From an uncultured delta proteobacterium (GTDB lineage Bacteria; Desulfobacterota; Desulfobacteria; Desulfobacterales; SG8-13), in the NCBI GenBank assembly GCA_963787235.1, contig CAWBCG010000009.1, positions 8,426 through 72,425 of the forward strand: a stretch of 64,000 bases of DNA. The letters run 5' to 3'. The position numbers were made by a program, and so were the translations under genes. Positions 42,857 through 52,133 of this stretch are shown here, in pieces. Positions within the stretch are counted from its first letter, which is position 1; each line of letters opens with the position of its first letter. Under the pieces are notes generated by a model. The model was not told where the DNA came from. It saw only the letters and a list, made by a program, of their open reading frames with translations, and made no database searches.

Positions 42857-43438
42857 CTGACAGTTTCCGATGACGGCCGGTTTGGGAGCATTGGGGTGTC
42901 TCGACGCCACTTCCTCGAGAAAACGGATCTCGGCGGCATGGACATCGGCTATGGACTGCCCTGGTTCCGGATCGGTATAAAACATGACAAAGTAGACCGG
43001 ATGGCCGTAGTCCAGGGCCACACCGATCTGCGAGTTAAGTTTTGACCCACCGATTCCCGGTCCGTGACCGGCACGTGGGTCGATGATTACAATGGGTCGC
43101 ATCGGCAGGGCCGAATCCGCAACTGTGGTTTTTCGTGTTAACCGGCGTTCGATTTGGTTTACAGGCTTATCTTCCTTGGTTCGCCGGTCCAGGATACGAA
43201 TCAGAGAATAGTTCACCGGCTGATCGAAGGTGCGGCCATCGATTACCAGTTCATAGTCAAAAACCAGAACGGGCGGCTGTCCGGCTCTCAGATGCGCCAA
43301 ATAGTTGTTGCCGCGCTTTCTTAACACGTCCCAGAAAAGAATCGTCCGTTGCGTGCGATCTACCATATATTCCATGGTCGAAGACGACCAGGGCAGTGCT
43401 TGTGCAAATCCGGATATTGGATTGAACTCGTTCATCAT
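42857..43438 (-). pseudogene. 5' fragment (about 194 codons) of a DUF3141/PHA-synthase-like alpha/beta-hydrolase gene, truncated inside the G-x-C-x-G-G box
   Basis: IIDPRAGHGPGIGGSK...GHPVYFVMF...KPAVIGNCQ, after which the tracked ORF runs antisense through the DsrE gene (PDFCYRLMTAAS...). Full-length relatives are several hundred residues longer, as far as I recall. Confidence 0.55.
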
Positions 43439-43463
43439 ACCTCTCTCATATTTATCTAATGCA

Positions 43464-44627
43464 TTATTCAGCTTGAATTTTCACGACGACAATGGTCAGG
43501 TCGTCCTCCTGCTTCAGTTCGCCGCGGAATTCTTCGGCGGCAGCATGCACAGCCAGCAAGATATCGCGTGCGGTTTGGTCGGCGTTTTCTCGAATCACTT
43601 CTTTTAGGCGATCCTTTCCGAACAGTTCACCCCTTTCGTTACCGGTTTCCCAGATGCCATCCGTGCCGATGAACAGGACTTGACCGTCCTCGATGGTGGC
43701 GGACGATTCGCGGTACGGTATTGCGGCATCGACTCCCAAGGGCAGGCCTTTGCCCTTCAGACTGACAAAAGCGTCTGTTGCGGGATCATACAGCAGGGCC
43801 GGGTCGTGACCGGCCCGCACCCACTCGATTTTTTTTCGCATTCGATCGATACGGGCTATAAACAGGGTCATGAAACGCGCGGAGCGCTCCACATCTTCGG
43901 TAAATCTTTGGTTGACATCGGTGACGATTTCTCCCAGGCTGCCGCGCATGGACACCCTTTGTCGAAGGAGGCCGCGGGCGGTGGCCATCAAAAGGGCGGA
44001 TGGAAGGCCGTGGCCGGAAACATCTCCCACCGCTATGCACAGACGCTCTCGGTCTTGCTTGTCTACGCACAGGTAATCGAAGTAATCTCCGCCCGTCTCC
44101 TCGCAGTAAAAGGCCATTCCGCGCACATCCAGACCCAAGAGATTCGGTGGGGCTTGCGGCAGGAGGTTGTATTGAATTTGCATGGCCACGTCCATGGCCT
44201 GCTGCAACCTGAGGTGGGTGTCCAGTTGGGGACCGACTTCGTTAAACACCCGGCCGAGGTCACCGAACTCATCCCGGCTGCGGATATCGACTCGGGCCTT
44301 GAAATTTCCGCTGGCCAGCTTGCTGGACGCAGCTGTGAGCTGCTCCAGTGGCCGCGTGATCGAACGCGAAAACATCAGTGCCAAGCCGGCGTTAAGGGCG
44401 ATGAGCAGGACCAGGAAACCGGCCGTAACCTGCTCGACCGTGCGTACGCGGTTTTCAATGGTTTGGCGGATTTCCTGGGCGTCGTCCATCTGTGATTTTT
44501 CGATGCGGGCCGTTAGGGCATCGGCCATCAGGTGGACGTTGTGAATGCCGAAAGCCCTCAGTCCGACGATCGGCAGAATGGAGAGGGCCAGCAGCAGAAA
44601 CAGCAGCTTCCAACGGAATTTCATCAT
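43464..44627 (-). CDS. HAMP-domain PP2C-type (SpoIIE/RsbU-like) protein phosphatase
   Basis: N-terminal TM, HAMP (SITRPLEQLTAASSKLASGNF), PP2C motifs GGDYFDY, VGDVSGHG, FIGTDGIWE, QEDDLTIVVVK. Confidence 0.85.
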   Translation of the reverse strand: MMKFRWKLLFLLLALSILPIVGLRAFGIHNVHLMADALTARIEKSQMDDAQEIRQTIENRVRTVEQVTAGFLVLLIALNAGLALMFSRSITRPLEQLTAASSKLASGNFKARVDIRSRDEFGDLGRVFNEVGPQLDTHLRLQQAMDVAMQIQYNLLPQAPPNLLGLDVRGMAFYCEETGGDYFDYLCVDKQDRERLCIAVGDVSGHGLPSALLMATARGLLRQRVSMRGSLGEIVTDVNQRFTEDVERSARFMTLFIARIDRMRKKIEWVRAGHDPALLYDPATDAFVSLKGKGLPLGVDAAIPYRESSATIEDGQVLFIGTDGIWETGNERGELFGKDRLKEVIRENADQTARDILLAVHAAAEEFRGELKQEDDLTIVVVKIQAE

Positions 44628-44940
44628 TGTCCTCGACTGGATCCGGCAACTTCAAGGTGAAATCGAAGCGGACCTTTCTCATCCGTTCCCATCCCCCAAG
44701 GAAAGGGACTTATTGTTGACCCTACTGTAAGCAACGGGGGTATCAGGAATCATAATAACGCAAAAGTCATGCTGTCACAACGGCAGGCGTTTCAAGAAGC
44801 TGCCGATGGTATACAAAACGGAAAAATAAGACCGGCATTTAAGTTTTTAACAATCTTTCCGATAACACTTCCGAGGCTGGCCTGCCGGTAACCCCAGAAT
44901 AATTTACTCGACCCTCGCCAGCCCGGGAAGGAAACAGGCG

Positions 44941-46428
44941 ATGAGATCAGAAGATATCTTAGACGAAATCATCAACGGCATCGGCCAACTGCCCACTCTG
45001 CCGGGGGTTGCCATCAAGATTCTCGAAACGGTTCAGGACCAGAAGAGCGGATTGAAGGAATTGGCGGAAATCTTGTCGACCGATCCACCCCTGAGCGCCG
45101 AAGTGCTGCGCCTGATCAACTCGCCCTACTACGGTCTCAACACCCGCATCACCTCCGTGCAGCACGCGGTCAAATTGCTGGGGGCCACTACCGTCAAGAA
45201 TCTCGCGTTGAGCTTTTCGGTGGTCAAGAGCTTTCAGACCGATATAAGTGATGAATTCGATTATACCCAGTTCTGGAAGGATTCACTTTTCAGCGCCGTG
45301 GCCATGAAGTCGATGGCCAAAAACGTTTCCCGCCAAGCAGCGGATGACGCATTTTTTCTGGGCTTGCTGCACAATATCGGCATTCTCACCTTGAACCAGT
45401 GCATGCATGATCAATACAGCCTCGTTTTGACGGAAAAGCGAAAGAACCAGTCTCCCTACCATGATGCCGAGCAACAGGTTCTGGGATTTACGCACATGGA
45501 TATCGGCAGTCTCCTGGTGAGAAAGTGGGGACTGCCGGACACCTTTTACAAGCCGATACGCCACCATCATTTGCCGGCGGAACTCAAAGGTGCCAGTCCG
45601 GAAATCGTGCAGATGACGCGACTCCTGCACCTCACCTCCCTGTTGGTCGATTTCGTCAACCTGCCTGACAAGGCCTATCAACTCGGCCTGATCGAGCATT
45701 TTGCCAAAGAATACGGATTCGAGGAGCATTTCCAGTTGGAGCCGCTTCTGGAGGAAGTGGGCGACCTCACGGCGGCCGTATACCCGGTCTTCGAAATCAA
45801 GATCGATTCGGAAACCTGTTATATCGAAATGATCGAAACCGCCCGAAAAGAGCTGATCCATCTGTCATCCGATTTTTTGAGCCGTCTGATTGAGCAAAAC
45901 AAACGCATCGAAATACTGAACGAGCGCGCCACCCACGACGGATTGACCAAACTGACCAATTACCAGAGGTTTCAGGAAGTCCTGGACGAAGAAATGTACC
46001 GGTCTAAACGCTATAAATTTCCGCTCACACTGCTTATGGTGGACCTGGATCATTTCAAGAAAGTCAACGATACCATGGGCCATCTCGCCGGCGACTACGT
46101 CCTGAGGGAAACGGCCGACCTGCTGAAGAAATCGTTGCGCAAATCCGACGTCGCCGCCCGCTACGGGGGCGAGGAGTTTGCCGTCCTGCTGCCGGAGACG
46201 CCACAGGAGGGCGCCTTCATATTGGCCGAACGCCTGCGTGAAAAGCTGGCCTCGACGTGCTTCAAATATGGCGAACATACCATCTACGTCACCATGAGCA
46301 TCGGCATTGCGGCGCATTCACCCAAGACCGATTCCTCCAATGCGGACCTGATCAAAAAAGCCGATACGGCGCTGTATCGCGCCAAGGAGGATGGTCGTAA
46401 CCGGTGCTGTCTGTTCTCCGACTGTTAG
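44941..46428 (+). CDS. HDOD-domain / GGDEF diguanylate cyclase
   Basis: HDOD-type N-domain (LPTLPGVAIKILE, LLGATTVKNLAL). C-terminal DLDHFKKVND...RYGGEEFAVLLPET. Confidence 0.9.
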   Translation: MRSEDILDEIINGIGQLPTLPGVAIKILETVQDQKSGLKELAEILSTDPPLSAEVLRLINSPYYGLNTRITSVQHAVKLLGATTVKNLALSFSVVKSFQTDISDEFDYTQFWKDSLFSAVAMKSMAKNVSRQAADDAFFLGLLHNIGILTLNQCMHDQYSLVLTEKRKNQSPYHDAEQQVLGFTHMDIGSLLVRKWGLPDTFYKPIRHHHLPAELKGASPEIVQMTRLLHLTSLLVDFVNLPDKAYQLGLIEHFAKEYGFEEHFQLEPLLEEVGDLTAAVYPVFEIKIDSETCYIEMIETARKELIHLSSDFLSRLIEQNKRIEILNERATHDGLTKLTNYQRFQEVLDEEMYRSKRYKFPLTLLMVDLDHFKKVNDTMGHLAGDYVLRETADLLKKSLRKSDVAARYGGEEFAVLLPETPQEGAFILAERLREKLASTCFKYGEHTIYVTMSIGIAAHSPKTDSSNADLIKKADTALYRAKEDGRNRCCLFSDC

Positions 46429-46562
46429 GGTGATCCCGGGTCAATTCAATAGACTGGAGCCGGTGCGATTCCGTCGAAGCCGCTCTCCGAAGTCCTTTGC
46501 GGTAACAGTCTCCGGCTGCAGCGTAAATCCGATCGATCCTCGTTGTTTTCAGCCTCAATTTT

Positions 46563-47513
46563 GTGTATGGTGCGGAAGGCTTGAACAGCGGCGGGGGACG
46601 CGTGATTTTTTCTCAAACCGGTAAAATTTTTGATGATTTTTTCGTGGTGGGGCATCCGGCCATACCGGTATACTTGCTGGACGGCCCGCAACCGGTGATC
46701 TTCGACGCCGGTTTCACTCTGCTCGGCGAGCTTTATACGACCGAGATCGAAAAAATTCTGGGGAGCCGAGCGCCGGCTTTCTGTTTTCTCACCCATGCCC
46801 ATTTCGATCACTGCGGTGCCGTCGCCGCTTTCAAAAGACGCTATCCCCGGATGAAGGTGGTGGCCTCTCACAAGGCCGGCGAGATCTTGAAACGTCCGAG
46901 CGCCGTCGAGAGGATTCGCTACCTGAATCTCGCGGCCGAGGTCCTGGTGAAGCAAATCGGCGTGAACGTCATTCCGGGCGCACATTTTGAACCGTTCGAC
47001 ATCGATCGATACGTTAAAGAAGGCGATTGCGTCGAGATCGCTGCCGGCTTCTGTGTCGAAGTAATAGCGAGCCCGGGGCATACGTGGGATTGTATGAGCT
47101 ACCGAATTTCGGATAAAAATATACTGCTTTCTTCCGAAGCCGCCGGTCAGCCCGACCAAACCGGATACATCGTAACGGACTGCCTGGCTGATTACGACTG
47201 CTATCTGAGGTCGTTGCAGCAGCTCAGAGCCTTGACGCCGGAAGTGCTGTGTCCCGGTCATATCTTCGTCTACAGCGCTGAAGATGCCTCCGCTTACCTG
47301 GATAGAGCCCAGGCGGCCTGTATCGACTTTTTCAACTTTGTGTCGGCCTGTGCAAAAGAAGAAAACGAGGATGTGGAGCGCATCAAGCAGCGGATCAGGG
47401 CTCACGAGTACGATGTCAACCCGGGGCCCAAGCAGCCGGAGCCGGCCTATCTCATCAATCTGGAAGCACGGATTAGAGCGGTCTTGAAAGCCGGTTCGAT
47501 GAAGACCGGTTGA
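46563..47513 (+). CDS. MBL-fold metallo-hydrolase
   Basis: LTHAHFDHCGAV (HxHxDH) and SPGHTWDC. The start codon is uncertain (GTG 46563 or a downstream GTG). Confidence 0.8.
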   Translation: MYGAEGLNSGGGRVIFSQTGKIFDDFFVVGHPAIPVYLLDGPQPVIFDAGFTLLGELYTTEIEKILGSRAPAFCFLTHAHFDHCGAVAAFKRRYPRMKVVASHKAGEILKRPSAVERIRYLNLAAEVLVKQIGVNVIPGAHFEPFDIDRYVKEGDCVEIAAGFCVEVIASPGHTWDCMSYRISDKNILLSSEAAGQPDQTGYIVTDCLADYDCYLRSLQQLRALTPEVLCPGHIFVYSAEDASAYLDRAQAACIDFFNFVSACAKEENEDVERIKQRIRAHEYDVNPGPKQPEPAYLINLEARIRAVLKAGSMKTG

Positions 47514-47548
47514 GTTTACCGGACATCTGACATTTGAGTACTATCGAT

Positions 47549-48469
47549 ATGAACTCCCAACCCGACCTGTCCGTTGATATCGGCGGTATCCGCCTTCGCA
47601 ATCCCGTGATGACCGCATCAGGTACTTTCGGTTATGCCAGGGAGTTTGAAACTTATGTCAATTTGAATCGACTCGGCGGGATCATCGTCAAAGGGCTTTC
47701 CCTTGCGCCTAGCATGGGCAACCGGCCGCCGCGCATCGTCGAAACAGCCTGCGGCATGCTCAATGCCATCGGTCTCGAAAACGTCGGCATAGAGACGTTC
47801 ATTACCGAAAAACTGCCGTTTCTGCAGAAATTATCGACGCCGATCTTTGTCAATATCTACGGCAAGACCGTCGAGGAATACGCCGCCCTGGCGGAGCGGC
47901 TCGAGGCAATCGAAGCGGTTGCAGGCATCGAGGTCAATATTTCATGTCCAAATGTAAAGGCCGGCGGCGTGGCCTTCGGTGTTGACCCTGATGCGGCCGG
48001 CCGGGTAGTGGGCATCGTCAGAAAGAAAACATCCAAGACCCTGATCGTAAAGCTTTCGCCGAACGTCACCGACATCACCGCCATCGCCCGCCGGGCGGAG
48101 GCGGAAGGCGCCGATACTCTCTCGCTGATCAACACCATCACCGGGATGGCCATCGACGTGGTGAGGCGACGTCCGGTGTTGGCCAACGTCACCGGCGGGC
48201 TCTCAGGGCCGGCAATCAAACCGGTGGCCCTGCGCATGGTCTGGCAGGTTTGTCGGGCGGTTGAGGTCCCCGTTATCGGGATCGGAGGGATCACTACCGC
48301 GCGGGATGCGCTGGAGTTCATTATAGCCGGTGCTTCGGCGGTCCAAATTGGAACGGCCAATTTTTTCAACCCCCGCGCGACAATGGACATCCTGGCCGGC
48401 ATTTCCGATTACCTAAAAGAAAACGGTATCACCCGGTTGACCGACCTGGTTGGTAGTTTGGAAGTGTGA
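47549..48469 (+). CDS. pyrD: Dihydroorotate dehydrogenase, class 1 catalytic subunit
   Basis: NPVMTASGTFGY, NAIGLENVG, EVNISCPNV (catalytic Cys), IGIGGI. ATG 47549 preferred over TTG 47534. Confidence 0.85.
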   Translation: MNSQPDLSVDIGGIRLRNPVMTASGTFGYAREFETYVNLNRLGGIIVKGLSLAPSMGNRPPRIVETACGMLNAIGLENVGIETFITEKLPFLQKLSTPIFVNIYGKTVEEYAALAERLEAIEAVAGIEVNISCPNVKAGGVAFGVDPDAAGRVVGIVRKKTSKTLIVKLSPNVTDITAIARRAEAEGADTLSLINTITGMAIDVVRRRPVLANVTGGLSGPAIKPVALRMVWQVCRAVEVPVIGIGGITTARDALEFIIAGASAVQIGTANFFNPRATMDILAGISDYLKENGITRLTDLVGSLEV

Positions 48470-48686
48470 AACGGTTGAGCCTGTTTAGCCCGTTGAGCCG
48501 GTTGTGCCCGTTATGTTCATCAAGTTGCTTGAAATAATACGATGTTCGTTATTTTAAACGCGGAAGTTTGTCATTAGAAGGGCTCAAAAACATAATCCAG
48601 CCAGGCTGGCAAACAGCCATTTCACCTGAATGGAATGTAGAGTTCAACCGGCTTAACGGGCTCAACCGGCTCAACGGGCCAAACCG
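48470..48686. repeat. 9-mer-array palindromic intergenic element, copy 3
   Basis: Starts the base after the pyrD stop. Left array CGGTTGAGCC TGTTTAGCC CGTTGAGCC GGTTGTGCC. 128-bp core. Right array TTCAACCGG CTTAACGGG CTCAACCGG CTCAACGGG CCAAACCGA. Confidence 0.85.
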
Positions 48687-48701
48687 ATTAAGGAGGATAG
48701 C

Positions 48702-49232
48702 GTGAAGATAATCGTTGCAGTGACCGTTTTTACCGTATTGTTAGGGGCTGTTCCGGCGTTTGCCGAGGAGTTGCAGGTTGGGATGCAGACGTCCGACTGG
48801 GCTTTTAAAGACGCGGAAGGCAAGATCTATAATATGGCGAGTTGGGAGGGGAGGGTACTTTTGATCAATTACGTCGATCCCGACGTTTCGGACCTGAACG
48901 ATCACTTTACGGATGCCATGAAGAAAGCCAAGGACGACGGACGGTTAACGAATGAAAATTACAAGGGTATCGGCATTGCCGACTGTGCAGCCACCTGGAA
49001 GCCCAACTTTGCTATTCGCGCCATTGCGGGAGCAAAGGCCAAGAAGTACAACACCACCATTTTGTTCGACTACGACGCTTCACTGCGTAAAGCCTGGGGC
49101 CTTCAGAAAGACACGGCCAACGTCGTTCTGCTGGATAAAAATCATGTCTGCCGGGCTATCATCCGGGGTAGGGTTCCGGATGACCAGGTGGAAAAACTCG
49201 TGCAATTGGCCGTTGATCTGCAAGGAAAGTAG
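48702..49232 (+). CDS. Secreted thioredoxin-fold protein, YtfJ-like (tentative)
   Basis: AAGGAGG SD with a GTG start. Signal peptide VAVTVFTVLLGAVPAFA. VLLINYVDPD...ANVVLLDKN pattern. The family call is from memory only. Confidence 0.5.
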   Translation: MKIIVAVTVFTVLLGAVPAFAEELQVGMQTSDWAFKDAEGKIYNMASWEGRVLLINYVDPDVSDLNDHFTDAMKKAKDDGRLTNENYKGIGIADCAATWKPNFAIRAIAGAKAKKYNTTILFDYDASLRKAWGLQKDTANVVLLDKNHVCRAIIRGRVPDDQVEKLVQLAVDLQGK

Positions 49233-49462
49233 GTTGTGCCGGTTAGGCCCGTTGAGCCCGTTTAGCCGGTTGAACCGGTTAGGCGGTTGAGTTTTTTAGG
49301 ATAGATGAACTAAACTACAATACGGAAAGTTGGCAATAAGGATATTTCAGTCAGAAAAAAATGTCAGCAACGACGTTACCTAAATGACTGAATAGCCACA
49401 CTGGCTTACGGACCTAACGGGCTCAACCGGCCAAACCGGCTAAACTGCCCTGCGGGCCAAAC
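49233..49462. repeat. 9-mer-array palindromic intergenic element, copy 4
   Basis: Left array GGTTGTGCC GGTTAGGCC CGTTGAGCC CGTTTAGCC GGTTGAACC. About 120-bp AT-rich core. Right array CCTAACGGG CTCAACCGG CCAAACCGG CTAAACTGC. Fills the gap between two convergent stop codons. Confidence 0.85.
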
Positions 49463-50359
49463 CTAAGCGCCGATGATCAGGCGGCCGGAGGTGCAGGCGC
49501 GACAGGAACCCGAACGGAAGCGGGCCGAATCGGAGAGCGACAGGACGCCGACGATGCGGGCGGGGTCGTCTTTGTAAACGAAGAGCCGCTGGACGTCTTT
49601 TAGCAGCATTTGCTGCAGTGCCAGGGAAAGGAAATCGTTTGCGTCGCAGCTCAGAACCGGGTGTCGCATGATGGCCTGAGCCGGTGTGCCGGTTTTTTCG
49701 CCATGTTTATATGCGATAACCAGGTCGGTTTTCGAAATGACGCCAGCGGCGTGACCGGCAGGGTTCCGAATGAGGACCGCCCCGCAGCGGTGGGTCGTGA
49801 GGTCCTCGATCACCTCGGCCAGGGTATCATCCGTTTTGCAGGCCCGCACCGATGTCGTCATCACGTCTCCGACGCGCAAACGCGAGCGATTCGTTTCATT
49901 TTCGTTGCCGCGACGCACCTTTGAAACACTTTTCCCGCACGCTCTGCAATAACGGTAGAGCAAACCGACGACGTCCGGATAGGCCAGCGTGCCGATGACC
50001 CGGTCGGTTTCGGCACCGCTCACATACAGCCGGTGAACGCCTCTTGCGTGCATCAGGTCGATGGCCGACTCGAGGCTGTCGTCGGGAAAGCAGAACAGCG
50101 GTGGTGCGGCCATGATGTCGGCTGCTGCCGCTTCAACCGGCAGGTCGGCATAGAACGCGCCGATGAGATCTGTTTTGGATACGACCCCGACCGGCCGGTC
50201 ATCTTCTGCGGTCACAAGCACCGCAGCGACCTTGTTCTTGACCATTCTGTTGGTGCAATCGGATAACGTGGTCTCCCGTGACACCCGGATCACGCGCTTT
50301 CGCATCGCTTCCTGAACCAGCATCCCTCTCAATACGCTTCGCCGTTCGATGAAGACCAT
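49463..50359 (-). CDS. Four-CBS-domain protein with CxxC motifs
   Basis: 298 aa, four CBS-like repeats. YRYCRACGKS between the pairs and a C-terminal GSCRACTSG. Confidence 0.75.
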   Translation of the reverse strand: MVFIERRSVLRGMLVQEAMRKRVIRVSRETTLSDCTNRMVKNKVAAVLVTAEDDRPVGVVSKTDLIGAFYADLPVEAAAADIMAAPPLFCFPDDSLESAIDLMHARGVHRLYVSGAETDRVIGTLAYPDVVGLLYRYCRACGKSVSKVRRGNENETNRSRLRVGDVMTTSVRACKTDDTLAEVIEDLTTHRCGAVLIRNPAGHAAGVISKTDLVIAYKHGEKTGTPAQAIMRHPVLSCDANDFLSLALQQMLLKDVQRLFVYKDDPARIVGVLSLSDSARFRSGSCRACTSGRLIIGA

Positions 50360-50373
50360 CCCTATTTAGCCTT

Positions 50374-50838
50374 TCAGTCTAAAAACTGTGTGAGCATGTG
50401 GTAGAACACGTCCGACATGTAGACCATACCGATGATTCGCCCGTCTTCTGAAACCGGCAGGCGGCGGATGTGCTTATTGATCATCAGGTCCGATATACTC
50501 AGGATGTGCGTTTCAGGGCCGATGGTGACGACCTCCGTGGTCATGATATCACCGACCTGAATGCCCTTGACCTTTCCGAGCAGGTCATCGAAGAGACGAT
50601 CCGGTTCCAGATCCTCCATCTCTCCCCAGATCTTCATGTGCTTGGGTTGAATGAACAGCAGAATGTCGTACATCGACAGCAGGCCGACAAGACGATCGGC
50701 ATCATCGACCACAATCAGGCCGAAGATCTTCTTGCCCTCCTCACGGCTGGCGGTCTGGAACATTTTGACCGCCTGAGCCACAGTTTCATGCGGCTCAAGT
50801 GTGTGAAAGCGGGTGTCCATGATGTCACGGGCCAGCAT
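50374..50838 (-). CDS. CBS-domain pair protein
   Basis: Start trimmed to MLARDIMDTRF (GAGGAG upstream). Two CBS repeats. Confidence 0.75.
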   Translation of the reverse strand: MLARDIMDTRFHTLEPHETVAQAVKMFQTASREEGKKIFGLIVVDDADRLVGLLSMYDILLFIQPKHMKIWGEMEDLEPDRLFDDLLGKVKGIQVGDIMTTEVVTIGPETHILSISDLMINKHIRRLPVSEDGRIIGMVYMSDVFYHMLTQFLD

Positions 50839-51039
50839 TTCTCTTCGTCTCCTCACTTTTATAGAGGTTTTGGGTGCAGACCGTTAAGGCTGTTAATTGT
50901 CTTTTTGACACCTACATTATTTTGAAAGGAACGACAAGTGGTGAGGAGCAGACGCTTCGACACTATTGAATCCTAATAGGTTCGCTGTGGCTAAACCGCC
51001 TCTGACTGAGACGGTGGTTAAATCGCGGATGGCTTAAGT

Positions 51040-51386
51040 CCACCCTGGTTTACGCTTACGATCAACATGACCCACGTAAGCAAAACAAGGCCCAGGAATT
51101 GTTAACTGATGGCATCGAACGGGAAACCCTTGTTCTATCAGTGCAAGTACTGGGTGAGGTATTCAACGTGGTCACTCGTCACATCCCCCAACCCGGGACA
51201 TCTGATGAAGCTCGAGAGATCATTGCCACAATAAGTATTCTTCCGGTTCAGGAGATCGATCTGGCGATGGTGAACCGGGCAATCGACACCCACAAAATGT
51301 ATCAGATGCTTGTCAGTTGGAGAAATGATCCTACTAAATGGTGTTCCTGGAGGGTACATGGTAAACTATACCACCTTGTGGTATAG
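51040..51386 (+). pseudogene. Decayed PIN-domain (VapC-like) toxin gene
   Basis: LVYAYDQHDPRKQNKAQELL...LVLSVQVLGEVFNVVTR...AREIIATISILPVQEIDLAMVNRAIDTHKMYQM resembles a PIN core. The N-terminal acidic-residue segment is missing, there are stops upstream, and the C-terminus is out of register. Confidence 0.4.
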
Positions 51387-51617
51387 CCAAGGTGGCAAGA
51401 GAAGGATTAACTGGTTTATGTTACAAAGGTTTACCAACCAGGAGCGGACTTACCAATGCCAATGGCTATACATGGACGGATAGGGGTTGGCGCCTCTGTC
51501 TCTAATGGGAGGTTTTAAAACGCTAAATACCTTATAGTTGAGAGAGGTGAGATCCGTTTCGTCTTGCATCCGGATGCGTTTCCATAGAGCACCTTTCCTT
51601 TCTAAAATTCCCATTGC

Positions 51618-51965
51618 TTAAGCGCGGCGGAGTTCTTTCCCTCGGGCGGTATGAACGGCTTCCATTCCTTCCAATTGCCGGATGGTGTAAAGATGAATTC
51701 CATGCGGTTCGGTTAAAAGGCTCCTTGTCCCCAGTAAAACGCCGAACAATTCGGACCTGAAATGATGATTTAAATCTTTTCGTGTTTGCCACTCCTCGAG
51801 AAGGTTCAGAAGGTTTTTGTCTTCAATATCACAAGAGAGGGCATAGCTCAGACAGCCGGCCTCCTTTTCCATTGGTCCAATCATCGAGAGAAGCGTTTGC
51901 ACCAACTCCTTCTGTTTTTCCGGAAGCACGTTCATTGCAATTTTAACGACGATCATTGCGGTCAC
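51618..51965 (-). CDS. ABM (antibiotic-biosynthesis-monooxygenase-like) domain protein
   Basis: 115 aa. IVVKIAMNVLPEKQKELVQTL...GCLSYALSCDIEDKNLLNLLEEWQTRKDLNHHF fits the ferredoxin-like ABM fold pattern. Confidence 0.6.
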   Translation of the reverse strand: MTAMIVVKIAMNVLPEKQKELVQTLLSMIGPMEKEAGCLSYALSCDIEDKNLLNLLEEWQTRKDLNHHFRSELFGVLLGTRSLLTEPHGIHLYTIRQLEGMEAVHTARGKELRRA

Positions 51966-52133
51966 CTCCCGGCAATGCCGGCCTTTCAGATTATTCGACG
52001 ATTACGTACACATAGCTTTTAGTTGTGCGATCGTTTTGCGATGCGCAATCTTCGCCACGGCCTTGGTTTGGTCCGCCTTTGATCGGTGGATCTTGCGCCG
52101 CGGCCCTGGCGCGCTACCCTGGCTAAGTGGGTG

